Position numbers and translations under genes: made by a program. DNA of 64,000 nucleotides, taken from Candidatus Cloacimonadales bacterium. Its GTDB lineage: Bacteria; Cloacimonadota; Cloacimonadia; Cloacimonadales; JAIOQZ01. The stretch is from the NCBI GenBank assembly GCA_963665815.1, contig OY762463.1:1952001-2016000 (forward strand), given 5' to 3'. Below are positions 32,524-42,287 of this stretch, one piece after another. How positions within the stretch are numbered: position 1 is the stretch's first letter; each line of letters begins with the position of its first letter. Under the pieces are notes generated by a model that worked only from the letters and a program-made list of their open reading frames with translations, made no database searches and was not told the DNA's origin.

Positions 32524-33426
32524 ATGTGTATATGTAAGTATTCCATATCAATAGCCAAAAATTCCGGCTTTTGTTTTGGAGTAAAACGTGCAATAAAAAT
32601 TACTTTGGAAGCCGCTGAACAGTACAAAAAGATTCAGACAATCGGACCATTAATACATAATCCTCAGATGGTGGAAAAACTTAAAGCCAACGGAGTGAAT
32701 TATGTCAGTTCAATTGATAATGTTAAATCTGATTCCACAGTAATTATCCGATCACACGGAATCACAAAAGGCGCTTACAAAGATTTATCTGATAAGAAAG
32801 TCAAAATTATAGACGCGACATGTCCATATGTCGCCAAGACTCAGCAATTTTGCAAAGAATTAAGTGAAAATGGTTTTCAGGTGGTAATTCTTGGAGACAG
32901 GAACCATCCTGAAGTCGTAGCTCTGGAATCTTTTGTTAAAAGTAAAGCTATCATAGTATCCTCAGCTGAAGAACTTCCTCATGCAAATTACAAGAAACTG
33001 GGCATTATATCTCAAACTACCCAGACTTTCGATAAGTTTTCAGATTTAGCCAATAAGGCAATAGCCATGGCAAAGGAAGTTCATGTTGTTAACACAATAT
33101 GTAACGCAACAGATATAAGACAGCAATGTACATTGAAGTTAGCAGAAAAAAGCGATATAATGATAGTGATCGGGGGAAAAAACTCATCAAACACCAAGAT
33201 GCTGGCAAAAATCAGCAGCTCTGTAGTTTGTACTCATCATATCGAAACAAGCGATGAGCTTGATATGAAGTGGTTTGAAGGAAACCACAAAATTGGCATA
33301 ACAGCAGGTGCAAGCACACCTGACTGGATAATACTGGATATATATAATAAAATAATAGAACGATTGTGTGGCAGGAATCTTCAAGTCGCAGACATTGAAG
33401 AAATTCCTGGATACAAGGAGGAATGA
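32524..33426 (+). CDS. ispH: 4-hydroxy-3-methylbut-2-enyl diphosphate reductase
   Basis: GFCFGVKRA, IHN, SHG, DATCP, HPEV, QTT, NTIC.AT..RQ, SSN, TAGASTP. Confidence 0.97.
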   Translation: MCICKYSISIAKNSGFCFGVKRAIKITLEAAEQYKKIQTIGPLIHNPQMVEKLKANGVNYVSSIDNVKSDSTVIIRSHGITKGAYKDLSDKKVKIIDATCPYVAKTQQFCKELSENGFQVVILGDRNHPEVVALESFVKSKAIIVSSAEELPHANYKKLGIISQTTQTFDKFSDLANKAIAMAKEVHVVNTICNATDIRQQCTLKLAEKSDIMIVIGGKNSSNTKMLAKISSSVVCTHHIETSDELDMKWFEGNHKIGITAGASTPDWIILDIYNKIIERLCGRNLQVADIEEIPGYKEE

Positions 33427-35223
33427 ATGTTGTTTCAAGATCAAATGAACCAAGAAGAAATTGAAATTCAAAACGAAGTAACTGAACAGGAAACAGAAAA
33501 AACTGAAACTGAAGTTGCTGAAGAAAAAACCAAAGAAATGACCGAAGAAGAAAAAATGATGATGCTTTATGAAGAAACCTTCAGCAACATCAAACCCGGT
33601 CAGATAACAGAAGGTACTGTTATCAGCACAAACGAGAAAGAAGTTCTCGTTGATATCGGATTTAAATCTGAAGGATCTATTCCTATCTCAGAATTCTCCG
33701 ATGGTCATTTACCTGAAAAGCTTACCAAAATTCATGTGTTTATTAACGCAATTGAAGATGGTGAAGGAAAACTCAAACTTTCTAAAAAGAAAGCTGACTT
33801 CCTTCTTAATCTTGATAAGCTTCAGGGAATCTTCAAAAACGGTGAAACTGTTACCGGTAAGTTAAAACGACGTGTTAAAGGTGGAATGATTGCAGATATT
33901 TTCGGTCTGGAAGCATTTTTACCGGGATCTCAAATTTCTTTAAAGCCTATTCCTAATCTTGACCAGTTTATCGGTAAAGAAGCTGATTTTAAGATTATTA
34001 AGCTTGATCTCGACAGAAGAAATATTATTGTATCCAGAAAACTTGTTCTTGAGAAAGAACTTGAAGTTAAAAAGGAAACACTCAGAGAGCGTATCCAGCT
34101 GAACAAAGAACTCGATGGTGAAGTTAAAAACATTACAGATTATGGTGCATTCATTGATCTTGGTGGTATTGACGGTCTTCTTCATATCACAGATATGTCA
34201 TGGGGAAGAATAAAACATCCTTCCGAAATGCTTAACATCGGTGACAGACTTAAAGTCAAAATCATCGATTATGATGAAGAAAACGATAAGGTTTCCCTTG
34301 GACTTAAACAACTTGTTCCACATCCATGGGAAAACATCGAAAGCAAATATCCTGAAGGACACATTATTTCAGGAAAAGTTGTGAATATCACAAATTACGG
34401 TGCTTTCGTAGAACTTGAACCTGGTGTTGAAGGACTTGTTCATGTTTCAGAAATGTCCTGGACAAAGAAAGTCAACCATCCTAATCAAGTTGTTAAAGTT
34501 GGTGATAATGTTAAAGCTGTGGTACTTTCAGTATCAAAAGAAAAACAAAAAATTTCACTCGGTATCAAACAAATGGAACCAAACCCATGGTTCACAATTG
34601 ATACTCGTTATCCTGAAGGAACAACTGTAACACGTAAGATTAAAAACATCACTCCATTTGGTGTGTTTGTTGAACTTGAAGATGATATTGACGGACTTAT
34701 CCATATATCTGATATCTCCTGGACAAAACGTATTTATCATCCAAAAGAAGTTTACAAAGTGGGACAGGAAATTGAAGCTAAAATTATTACAATCGACAAA
34801 GCAATGCACAGAGTAGCACTCGGTGTAAAACAGCTTCATGATGATCCATGGAATAACCTTGATGAAAAACTTCCTGTAAATACAGAAGTTACCGGTGTTG
34901 TTTCAAAACTTATACCTAAAGGTATTCTCGTTGATGTAAATATCGACGATTCTATTGTTGAAGGTTTTGTACCAATGTCTCACCTCGGTATTCCTAAAAC
35001 CGAAAACATCCAGTATGCTTTTGATGTGAACGAAGAACTTCCACTTAAAGTAATAGAACTGGATATCGAAAACAGAAGACTTATTCTTAGTGTAAAAGCC
35101 TTCTTCTTTGGAAAAAACAAGGACGAAAAAGTTGCATATTTCCGTGAACATGAGCAGAGAATTCAAGATAGAATCAACTCAGATCATACACCAATGGAAA
35201 TCAGTGACGAAGAACCTCACTAA
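33427..35223 (+). CDS. rpsA: 30S ribosomal protein S1
   Basis: Six S1 repeats (DIGFKSEG, AFLPGSQ, YGAFIDLGGIDGLLHITDMSW etc.). Confidence 0.98.
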   Translation: MLFQDQMNQEEIEIQNEVTEQETEKTETEVAEEKTKEMTEEEKMMMLYEETFSNIKPGQITEGTVISTNEKEVLVDIGFKSEGSIPISEFSDGHLPEKLTKIHVFINAIEDGEGKLKLSKKKADFLLNLDKLQGIFKNGETVTGKLKRRVKGGMIADIFGLEAFLPGSQISLKPIPNLDQFIGKEADFKIIKLDLDRRNIIVSRKLVLEKELEVKKETLRERIQLNKELDGEVKNITDYGAFIDLGGIDGLLHITDMSWGRIKHPSEMLNIGDRLKVKIIDYDEENDKVSLGLKQLVPHPWENIESKYPEGHIISGKVVNITNYGAFVELEPGVEGLVHVSEMSWTKKVNHPNQVVKVGDNVKAVVLSVSKEKQKISLGIKQMEPNPWFTIDTRYPEGTTVTRKIKNITPFGVFVELEDDIDGLIHISDISWTKRIYHPKEVYKVGQEIEAKIITIDKAMHRVALGVKQLHDDPWNNLDEKLPVNTEVTGVVSKLIPKGILVDVNIDDSIVEGFVPMSHLGIPKTENIQYAFDVNEELPLKVIELDIENRRLILSVKAFFFGKNKDEKVAYFREHEQRIQDRINSDHTPMEISDEEPH

Positions 35224-35241
35224 GAAAATCATATATTATAT

Positions 35242-35278
35242 AAAAGAGACTGGCGTAATCCAGTCTCTTTTTTTTTTT
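35242..35278. terminator. Bidirectional terminator between rpsA and the GH108 gene
   Basis: AAAAGAGACTGG-cgtaat-CCAGTCTCTTTT with a long T tract. Confidence 0.85.
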
Positions 35279-35295
35279 GAAAATCTTCTTACTCA

Positions 35296-35883
35296 TTAAG
35301 AGAATGCTCTCATGCACCAGTTGTAATAAAATGCTCTCAGCTCTTTCTTCTTTTCAGTAAGCTCAACATAGTAACTTACCTGTAATCCGATAAAAGTCTT
35401 CACTACTGCGTTGATGATATCATTCCTGTGAAGCTGATTAACCATAGCGACTGTTTTTGTACCTATAATTCCATCTACAACCAGATCATCTCCAAATCGA
35501 TTCCTCTTGTTTGCATAGTTTAACGATCTCTGAAGCACTTTCACACCATTCTGAGTCCCCGCATTAAATGAGAACTCGTAGAGCTTCCAGGCAATCAATT
35601 CGCTACTCAGAAGATTACACTTATGATCCTTCCACCATGAATAATAGAAATCTCTAACAAGTTTCATAAAACCGGGATCTGATTCCAGATGGTTTACAAT
35701 ATCTTCCGTTCCGAATTCTGCTTTCACACTATCCAGTTTATCCCATAGCTCTTTGTAATTTTCTTCATGAAATCTTCTGCTTATTCCGAAAATTGTTTCC
35801 TGCCCGGGATCAACAGGATTATTTGCATAACCACCCTCTAACTTCCTTAGCTTAACATAACATTTGTTGAAAAAGTCATTCAT
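35296..35883 (-). CDS. Glycoside hydrolase family 108 (N-acetylmuramidase) with a peptidoglycan-binding C-terminus
   Basis: EGGYANNPVDPGQETIFGIS, FNAG, LQRSLN, DGIIGTKT; start set at ATG 35883 (GGAG RBS) rather than 35949. Confidence 0.85.
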   Translation of the reverse strand: MNDFFNKCYVKLRKLEGGYANNPVDPGQETIFGISRRFHEENYKELWDKLDSVKAEFGTEDIVNHLESDPGFMKLVRDFYYSWWKDHKCNLLSSELIAWKLYEFSFNAGTQNGVKVLQRSLNYANKRNRFGDDLVVDGIIGTKTVAMVNQLHRNDIINAVVKTFIGLQVSYYVELTEKKKELRAFYYNWCMRAFS

Positions 35884-35913
35884 ACATACTCCACTTTCCT
35901 TACATTGTTCCTC

Positions 35914-35946
35914 AAAAAAAAGGAGTCCTCCAGTACAGGAGAACTC
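35914..35946 (-). terminator. Terminator of the rnf operon
   Basis: Minus strand GGAGTTCTCC-tgtact-GGAGGACTCC followed by T8. Confidence 0.75.
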
Positions 35947-35966
35947 CATATATGTTTATTGAATAA

Positions 35967-36860
35967 TTAAGCGTTTTCTTCTGCTTTCTTTTTGGCAGCA
36001 AGTGCAGCTTCAGCTTTTTTCTTTGCTTCTGCTCTCTTCTTAGCTCTAATTTCTTTAAGAGGATCGAATATCGCACTTGTTGGACATGCATCGGCACATA
36101 AACCGCAGTTTATACACTTATCATAGTCTATTGTTGCCAGGAAATTTTCAACTTTGATTGCATCTTTAGGGCATTTTTTAACACAAATACCACAACCGAT
36201 ACAAGCAGTTTTATTTCCGCAATTTTTACGGGCTACAGCCCCCATATCTTTAGACATGCACATTATATGAACACGTTTTTTCTCACTGACAAGTTCAATA
36301 AGATGTCTTGGACATGCTTTAACACAAGCACCGCAACCGGTACATTTTTCCTTATCAATTACACGCATTCCGTTTTCATCAATTGAGATTGCATCAAACA
36401 GACATACATCCATACAATCGTTTTGATAAACACATCCGAAATCACAGAGGTTTGGTCCACCTGCAACCTGAACAGCAGCTTTACAGGTAGGAATACCTTC
36501 ATACTCGAATCTGAAGTAAGTATTGTTTGTTCCACCGCTCTGACAGTGAATAACAGCAATCTTCTTATCTCCTGCTTCTGCAGATTGCCCCATGATATCA
36601 GCAATCTTTCCGACAACTTCTGCCCCACCCGGAGCACATTTATTCAGTTGATTACCTTCGTTAACAATTGATTCTGCGTATGCTCCACAACCCGGAACTC
36701 CACATGCACCACAATTTGCCCCCGGAAGAGCTTCAATAATCTGTTCTATCTTAGGATCAACTTCCACGTAGAATGCTTTGGAAGCAATTGCCAGAAACAG
36801 ACCATAAGCAAGCCCGAGAACTCCAACAACCGCAGCTGGTATTAATATTACAGTCATCAT
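35967..36860 (-). CDS. rnfB: Rnf complex subunit B
   Basis: [12 protein letters not shown] and multiple CxxCxxCxxxCP clusters. Confidence 0.95.
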   Translation of the reverse strand: MMTVILIPAAVVGVLGLAYGLFLAIASKAFYVEVDPKIEQIIEALPGANCGACGVPGCGAYAESIVNEGNQLNKCAPGGAEVVGKIADIMGQSAEAGDKKIAVIHCQSGGTNNTYFRFEYEGIPTCKAAVQVAGGPNLCDFGCVYQNDCMDVCLFDAISIDENGMRVIDKEKCTGCGACVKACPRHLIELVSEKKRVHIMCMSKDMGAVARKNCGNKTACIGCGICVKKCPKDAIKVENFLATIDYDKCINCGLCADACPTSAIFDPLKEIRAKKRAEAKKKAEAALAAKKKAEENA

Positions 36861-36866
36861 TCCCCC

Positions 36867-37472
36867 TTAGAATTTCATGCCTGCGAAACCAAGGAAAGCA
36901 AGAGCCATACATCCGGCAATAATGAATGCAATAGGCATACCTTTCATGGTTTCAGGAACTTCTGCTTTTTCAAGTCTTTCACGGATTCCGGCCATCAGAA
37001 CAAGTACTAATGTAAAACCAACTCCCGCGAAAAATCCCTGAAGGGTTGAATAAATGAAATTATATGATGTGCCATCAGCCCATTTTGAATCAATATTAAG
37101 AATAGAAACACCAAGTACAGCACAGTTGGTTGTGATCAACGGAAGGAACACACCAAGTGATTTGTAAAGAGCAGGTGCCATTTTCTGAATTGCCATTTCC
37201 ACAAACTGCACCAGAGATGCAATTGTCAGGATAAAGGTAATTGTCTGTAAATACTGAATATTAAGTGGAATAAGCACATAATATTGTAAAATATATGTTA
37301 TGATAGACGCAAGCGTCATAACAAAAATAACTGCCATACCCATTCCAGCAGCGGAATCGAGTTTTTTAGATACACCAATATAAGGACATAATCCAAGAAA
37401 ACGGGCAAGCACATAATTCTGTACGAATATAGAGGCAATAGCAATCGCTACGATTTTTCCTAAAAATTCCAT
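36867..37472 (-). CDS. rnfA: Rnf complex subunit A
   Basis: FLGLCPYIGVS, LPLITTNCAVLG. Confidence 0.95.
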   Translation of the reverse strand: MEFLGKIVAIAIASIFVQNYVLARFLGLCPYIGVSKKLDSAAGMGMAVIFVMTLASIITYILQYYVLIPLNIQYLQTITFILTIASLVQFVEMAIQKMAPALYKSLGVFLPLITTNCAVLGVSILNIDSKWADGTSYNFIYSTLQGFFAGVGFTLVLVLMAGIRERLEKAEVPETMKGMPIAFIIAGCMALAFLGFAGMKF

Positions 37473-37483
37473 GTACTACTCCC

Positions 37484-38077
37484 TTATTTTTTCTTCTTGC
37501 TTAAGATGTTAATCAATCCCATCAGCAGGCCAAGAGTAAAGAATGCTCCCGGAGCCAGAATAGCGGCAAGCATTGGCTGATAGCTTGAAGGCAGAACATT
37601 AATGCCGAGGAATTGACCTGCACCGAGTACTTCACGAATTGCTGCAAGTACAACGAGTGCAAATGTAAATCCGAAACCCATTCCAAAACCATCAATAATG
37701 GATGAAAGAACATTATTCTTGCTGGCAAAAGCTTCCGCTCTACCAAGAATAATACAGTTCACCACAATAAGCGGTATGAATAGACCAAGACTCTTGTGAA
37801 CCTCAGGCACATATGCGTGCATCATCATATCCACAATTGTTACGAAAGATGCAATGATTACTATATAAGCAGGTATTCTGACTTGAGATGGAATTACTTT
37901 TTTTAATAATGATATAAAGATATTAGACATTACAAGTACGAATGTAGCTGCAAGTCCCATACCTATAGCATTCATAACCGATGATGTCACAGCAAGTGTA
38001 GGACAGAGACCCAATGCCATAACGAAAACAGGATTTTCTTTTACGAATCCTTTAGTAAACTCTTTCATTAAAGACAT
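37484..38077 (-). CDS. rnfE: Rnf complex subunit E
   Basis: LGLCPTLAVT, IPLIVVNCIILGRAE. Confidence 0.95.
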   Translation of the reverse strand: MSLMKEFTKGFVKENPVFVMALGLCPTLAVTSSVMNAIGMGLAATFVLVMSNIFISLLKKVIPSQVRIPAYIVIIASFVTIVDMMMHAYVPEVHKSLGLFIPLIVVNCIILGRAEAFASKNNVLSSIIDGFGMGFGFTFALVVLAAIREVLGAGQFLGINVLPSSYQPMLAAILAPGAFFTLGLLMGLINILSKKKK

Positions 38078-38085
38078 GTTTCCCC

Positions 38086-38619
38086 CTATTGAGCTGCAAC
38101 AGCATCTGACAATGATTTGATTCCGGCACTTATAGATTTTGTGATAGCTCTGGTTGTAATTGTTGCTCCTGTAATACTGGCAATTTTACCACCATCTTTA
38201 TCAACTTTAAGTGTTGGCATTGTCTGTTTCTCGAAACGAGGAGCAAAATCGTCTTTCACACAATTAGCACCAAGTCCCGGAGTTTCAGATTGATATATTA
38301 TTTTGATATTCTGAACTTCAAGAGCAGTATTAACACCGACCATTGTCTGAATTGTACTGCTGTAACCAGGTCCGTAAGCTATAAAAGTATAGCCGATAAC
38401 ATTACCATTATCATCCAGACCGTCAAAGTACTTGAATCCGTCTTTTTCATGTTCAGCAAAATCTTTTGCTTCGGACAATACGTCTGATCGGGCTATTCTT
38501 TCAGCTTCAGCCTGATTTTTCTTAATTATAGGATCTGTTAACTGGTTTACATACGCGAGTATACCACTGGCAATACCTGCGATCAAAAGCAATACTACGG
38601 AAAGTCTTACAAAATACAT
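38086..38619 (-). CDS. rnfG: Rnf complex subunit G
   Basis: GY.S.I, ETPGLG, FMNylation motif ITGATITT. Confidence 0.93.
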   Translation of the reverse strand: MYFVRLSVVLLLIAGIASGILAYVNQLTDPIIKKNQAEAERIARSDVLSEAKDFAEHEKDGFKYFDGLDDNGNVIGYTFIAYGPGYSSTIQTMVGVNTALEVQNIKIIYQSETPGLGANCVKDDFAPRFEKQTMPTLKVDKDGGKIASITGATITTRAITKSISAGIKSLSDAVAAQ

Positions 38620-39674
38620 TATTTCCTTACCTCCCCGAACGCTTTTGGAACAGTGAATCTGTCAATAAGCGGAACTGCAATGTTCATAAGCAGAATTGAG
38701 TATGAAACACCTTCAGGATATCCACCGACAAATCTGATAATGATTGTCAGAAGTCCACATCCGAAACCAAAAATCAAACGTCCTTTTTTAGTTACAGGTG
38801 AAGTCACCATATCTGTTGCCATGAAGAATGCACCGAGGATAAGTCCACCTGCGAATACGTGGTACAGACCAATTGAGAAAGTACCGCTGAAAGGTCCTTT
38901 TACTCCACCAAAAATATATGCTAATACAAATACTGTTACAATGTAACTGACCGGAATTCTCCATTCAATAATTCTTTTGAATGCAAGATATGCTGCACCA
39001 ATAAGCAGAGCTGCAACGGAAACTTCCCCGATAACTCCACCAATATTACCCCAGAACAGATTTGATAATGTGTCCATTCCGGTAATCTGGTTCATGGCAT
39101 TGTAAGCAACTTCCTGTGAAACCTGAGTAGTATCTCTTAATGCTTTTACTACTCCGAGAGGTGTTGCTGATGTAACGAGATTAGATACTTTTTCGGTTAA
39201 TCCCGCAGGATTAATACCACTGATTGATTCAAATTTTGTAGCAGTCCATCCTGCAGTTGTAAGAGTAGGCCAGGATGCAACTAAGAAAGCTCTACCAAGA
39301 AGGGCAGGATTCATTGGGTTATGACCAAGTCCGCCAAATACCTGTTTACCGATTGCTATTGCAAATACAGAACCAACAACAGGCAGCCACCAGGGTGAAG
39401 CTACATTAATATTAAAAGAAACCAACATTCCGGTTACAACAGCACTACCATCGGCTATTGTGACAGGAAGTTTGCGAAATTTTTGTATGGCTGCTTCAGT
39501 AAGACATGCTGCAATGATTCCGTACAGTGTAAGGAAAAGAGCATTAATGCCGAAAATAATAACACTGGCAATTAATGCAGGAACAAGTGCAATTGCAACC
39601 TGCCACATAACAGAAGCTACAGAATTCTTATCGTGCAAATGAGGTGATGCCGATACAACGTAGCCTTTATTCAT
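38619..39674 (-). CDS. rnfD: Rnf complex subunit D
   Basis: SPH, FGGLGHNPMNPAL.GR, TSATPL, FMATD.VTSP, GGYPEG. Confidence 0.95.
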   Translation of the reverse strand: MNKGYVVSASPHLHDKNSVASVMWQVAIALVPALIASVIIFGINALFLTLYGIIAACLTEAAIQKFRKLPVTIADGSAVVTGMLVSFNINVASPWWLPVVGSVFAIAIGKQVFGGLGHNPMNPALLGRAFLVASWPTLTTAGWTATKFESISGINPAGLTEKVSNLVTSATPLGVVKALRDTTQVSQEVAYNAMNQITGMDTLSNLFWGNIGGVIGEVSVAALLIGAAYLAFKRIIEWRIPVSYIVTVFVLAYIFGGVKGPFSGTFSIGLYHVFAGGLILGAFFMATDMVTSPVTKKGRLIFGFGCGLLTIIIRFVGGYPEGVSYSILLMNIAVPLIDRFTVPKAFGEVRK

Positions 39675-39685
39675 ACATCCTCCAT

Positions 39686-41011
39686 TTATTTCTTAGCTTT
39701 TTTCATTTCGTAAATTTTATTCTTACCTATATCTATCCACTGAATAAGTTTAATGTGTGATGGACAGACATAAGCACAGCTTCCGCATTTCATACAATCC
39801 ATACATCCTGCCTTATCAGCAGTTTCGAAGTCATTGTACTTAACAGCAGATGCTATCATACTTGGAACGAGATTAAGAGGACATATATCTACACAGCTTC
39901 CGCATCTGAGACAAGTATGCTCCTCACTTTTCTTTGCCATTTTCTTATCAAAGAAAAGCAGTCCTGAACTGGTTTTAGCTACCGGAGGCTCCAAAGATGA
40001 AATAGCAAATCCCATCATAGGTCCACCGGAAATTATTTTTCCGATTTCCTCAGTTGTACCACCACAGAACTCAAGAAGGTTCGAGAATGGTGTTCCAACT
40101 CTGGCAAGCAAGTTTTTAGGATCCTTTACAATTGAACCTGTAACCGTGATTACTCTCTGGATACATGGTTTCTTGTAGCGAACTGCTTCGTAAACTGCAG
40201 CCGCTGTACCGGTATTATCAACAACAACACCGCAATCCATCGGAAGACCACCCTTGTTAGGAACTTTTCTCCTGGTTGCAGCATAGATAAGTTGTTTTTC
40301 AGCACCTTGTGGATACTTGATTTTCAATCCGACAACACTGATATTTGATTCACTTTTAACAAGATCATTCATGTGCTTGATAGCATCAGGTTTATTCGCT
40401 TCAATACCGATAAATCCCTTTTTTGCATCTACTATCTTCATGATAATCTTCAATCCGTTAATAATCTCTTCTGCGTTTTCAAGCATCATTCTGTAGTCTG
40501 CAGTAAGAAACGGCTCACATTCAACTCCATTCAGAATAATTGTGTCGATAGGCTTGTCTTTCGGAGGAGAAAGTTTCACATGAGTTGGAAATCCGGCTCC
40601 ACCCATTCCGCAGACTCCGGCTTCCTGGATTCTTTTTTTCATCTCGTCAACTGACAGATTCATGTAATCCTTATCATCAACTGTTTCTACCCACTCATCT
40701 TCACCATTTCCAGTAATTTCGATCGCCATTCCAGATGTTCCGGAAGGATGAGGGAATTTGCCAATCTTTGTTACCGTTCCTGTTATGCTGGAATGCATGG
40801 GAATGGAAACAAAACCGCCTGCTTCAGCAATAAGCTGCCCGGTTTTTACCTCGTCTTTTAGTTTCACGACAGGCTTTGCCGGAGCACCAATATGCTGAGA
40901 CAATGGTATAATTACCTTGCCTGGCAATGGGGGTTGTTCAATTGAAGCTTTTTTGGAAAACTCTTTGTAATCATGTGGATGGACTCCACCTGGAAAAGAT
41001 TTTAATCCCAT
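39686..41011 (-). CDS. rnfC: Rnf complex subunit C
   Basis: FPGGVHP, QHIGAP, GMGGAGFPT, NGVECEP, YPQGAEK, GGPMMG, two 4Fe-4S motifs. Confidence 0.96.
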   Translation of the reverse strand: MGLKSFPGGVHPHDYKEFSKKASIEQPPLPGKVIIPLSQHIGAPAKPVVKLKDEVKTGQLIAEAGGFVSIPMHSSITGTVTKIGKFPHPSGTSGMAIEITGNGEDEWVETVDDKDYMNLSVDEMKKRIQEAGVCGMGGAGFPTHVKLSPPKDKPIDTIILNGVECEPFLTADYRMMLENAEEIINGLKIIMKIVDAKKGFIGIEANKPDAIKHMNDLVKSESNISVVGLKIKYPQGAEKQLIYAATRRKVPNKGGLPMDCGVVVDNTGTAAAVYEAVRYKKPCIQRVITVTGSIVKDPKNLLARVGTPFSNLLEFCGGTTEEIGKIISGGPMMGFAISSLEPPVAKTSSGLLFFDKKMAKKSEEHTCLRCGSCVDICPLNLVPSMIASAVKYNDFETADKAGCMDCMKCGSCAYVCPSHIKLIQWIDIGKNKIYEMKKAKK

Positions 41012-41250
41012 AATATCTCCATATTTTATAGTTATGTATCTTTAATATTCCATTTGAAACTGATAAAAAAAATCTGAATTTGTGATGTAGTTGATGCACT
41101 CTCTGACAATGAGTTAACAGATTGCACCTATTCAATAATTTTTTATCAATTAAATCAATGACAATATTTTCATGTATTTTAATTTGTCAAAGCATTATTA
41201 TGTAAGAAAGTGCAGTTTATTTACAAGCATATTTAAAATGGTAAATCAAT

Positions 41251-41405
41251 GAGAGCTGTACACAATAGCAAAAACAAGTAGCTTTGGTGAAAAAATTCGA
41301 TGAGATATTTGTAATCAACAGGAAAACCTCTTAGAAATGCTAATTTTGAGTTAGAATCTGATGGATTATGAAATCGGTCGCTGCCTCCAATTGTAAAATG
41401 CTCTC
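41251..41405. mobile_element. MITE copy 1 (155 bp, degenerate TIRs)
   Basis: Ends GAGAGCTGTACACAA / TTGTAAAATGCTCTC; TCAAT direct repeat on both sides; colinear similarity to 53034-53189. Confidence 0.7.
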
Positions 41406-41440
41406 TCAATATGTATTTCATAGATTCAAAAGCTAATAAC

Positions 41441-41466
41441 AAAAAAAGAGCCCCTCAGGGCTCTTT
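41441..41466 (-). terminator. Orphan terminator on the minus strand
   Basis: Minus strand AAAGAGCCC-tgagg-GGGCTCTTT-like stem with T7; no substantial ORF upstream. Confidence 0.65.
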
Positions 41467-42226
41467 ACCTTAAACCGACGTTTGATTTTGAAATTAATAA
41501 AACTAAAAAACAATTAAACTTTCGAATATGAATATTCCGGGATATTTTTTCATGTACTTTTCAAGAATCACACTTTTTATATATACATGTTCTGTGCCAA
41601 TTGCCTGATCCTGAAAAAATATCACATTTTTAATTTTATATTACTTAATTTTCACAGAGCATGCAAAAATCCGATTTCACGCACTCCTCAAACATATTCA
41701 GAGTATAGTCATCAGGTTTAAATTATTAGACAAATAGCTACATATTCCCCGATTTAGAAGAATGGAATAAATTTAATGAGAAAACATTGCCTACCTTAAT
41801 CCGAACCTTCATTATTCGTTTTCGCATACCCGATATCGAATACCGTCTTCGATATCGAAGAATAACCCCCTCCTTTATGCTGAAAAAAAGTCTTTTCCGT
41901 AAAAAAAACGATATATGAGCTCAATTTGTCGTTTGAAAAATAAGTTTATTTTCACACTTCCACAACCGGTATTTATCGGCTGTTTTTTTTGTGCCCCAAA
42001 AAAATTTCTGTAAAAAAAGACACCGCAAAATACAAACCATGTCAATTGACAATCCGACCACTGCAAACTGAACTTATTACAATTTCTTAATCAAGAATGT
42101 GCAATATACTGTCTAACTTCATTTCATTTTAATCTGATCATTCTGATTATGTATCTTTTTGTATTTACATATTTTTACATGGTTATTTAAACAATTTACA
42201 CCTATGCTTTTACTGAATTATTTGTC

Positions 42227-42255
42227 TTGACGCTCCTTGAACCAATTAGTATATT
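42227..42255 (+). promoter_or_regulatory. sigma70 promoter of CTD paralog 1 (same boxes at 43612-43640)
   Basis: TTGACG-N17-TATATT conserved in both duplicated leaders. Confidence 0.7.
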
Positions 42256-42287
42256 TTCAATGTGTGGAAATTAATATCGGAGGTAAA

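Noticed and set aside
35884-35949. Extended N-terminus of the GH108 ORF
   Set aside because: Runs through the rnf terminator; ATG 35883 has a proper GGAG RBS
41012-41240. Rex operator upstream of rnfC
   Set aside because: TTGTGA near 41079 has no matching TCACAA half-site
41233-41442. 69-aa minus-strand ORF
   Set aside because: Coincides with the MITE, has no RBS and shows no protein-like motifs
41875-42066. 63-aa minus-strand ORF
   Set aside because: Spans a terminator and homopolymer tracts of the duplicated leader
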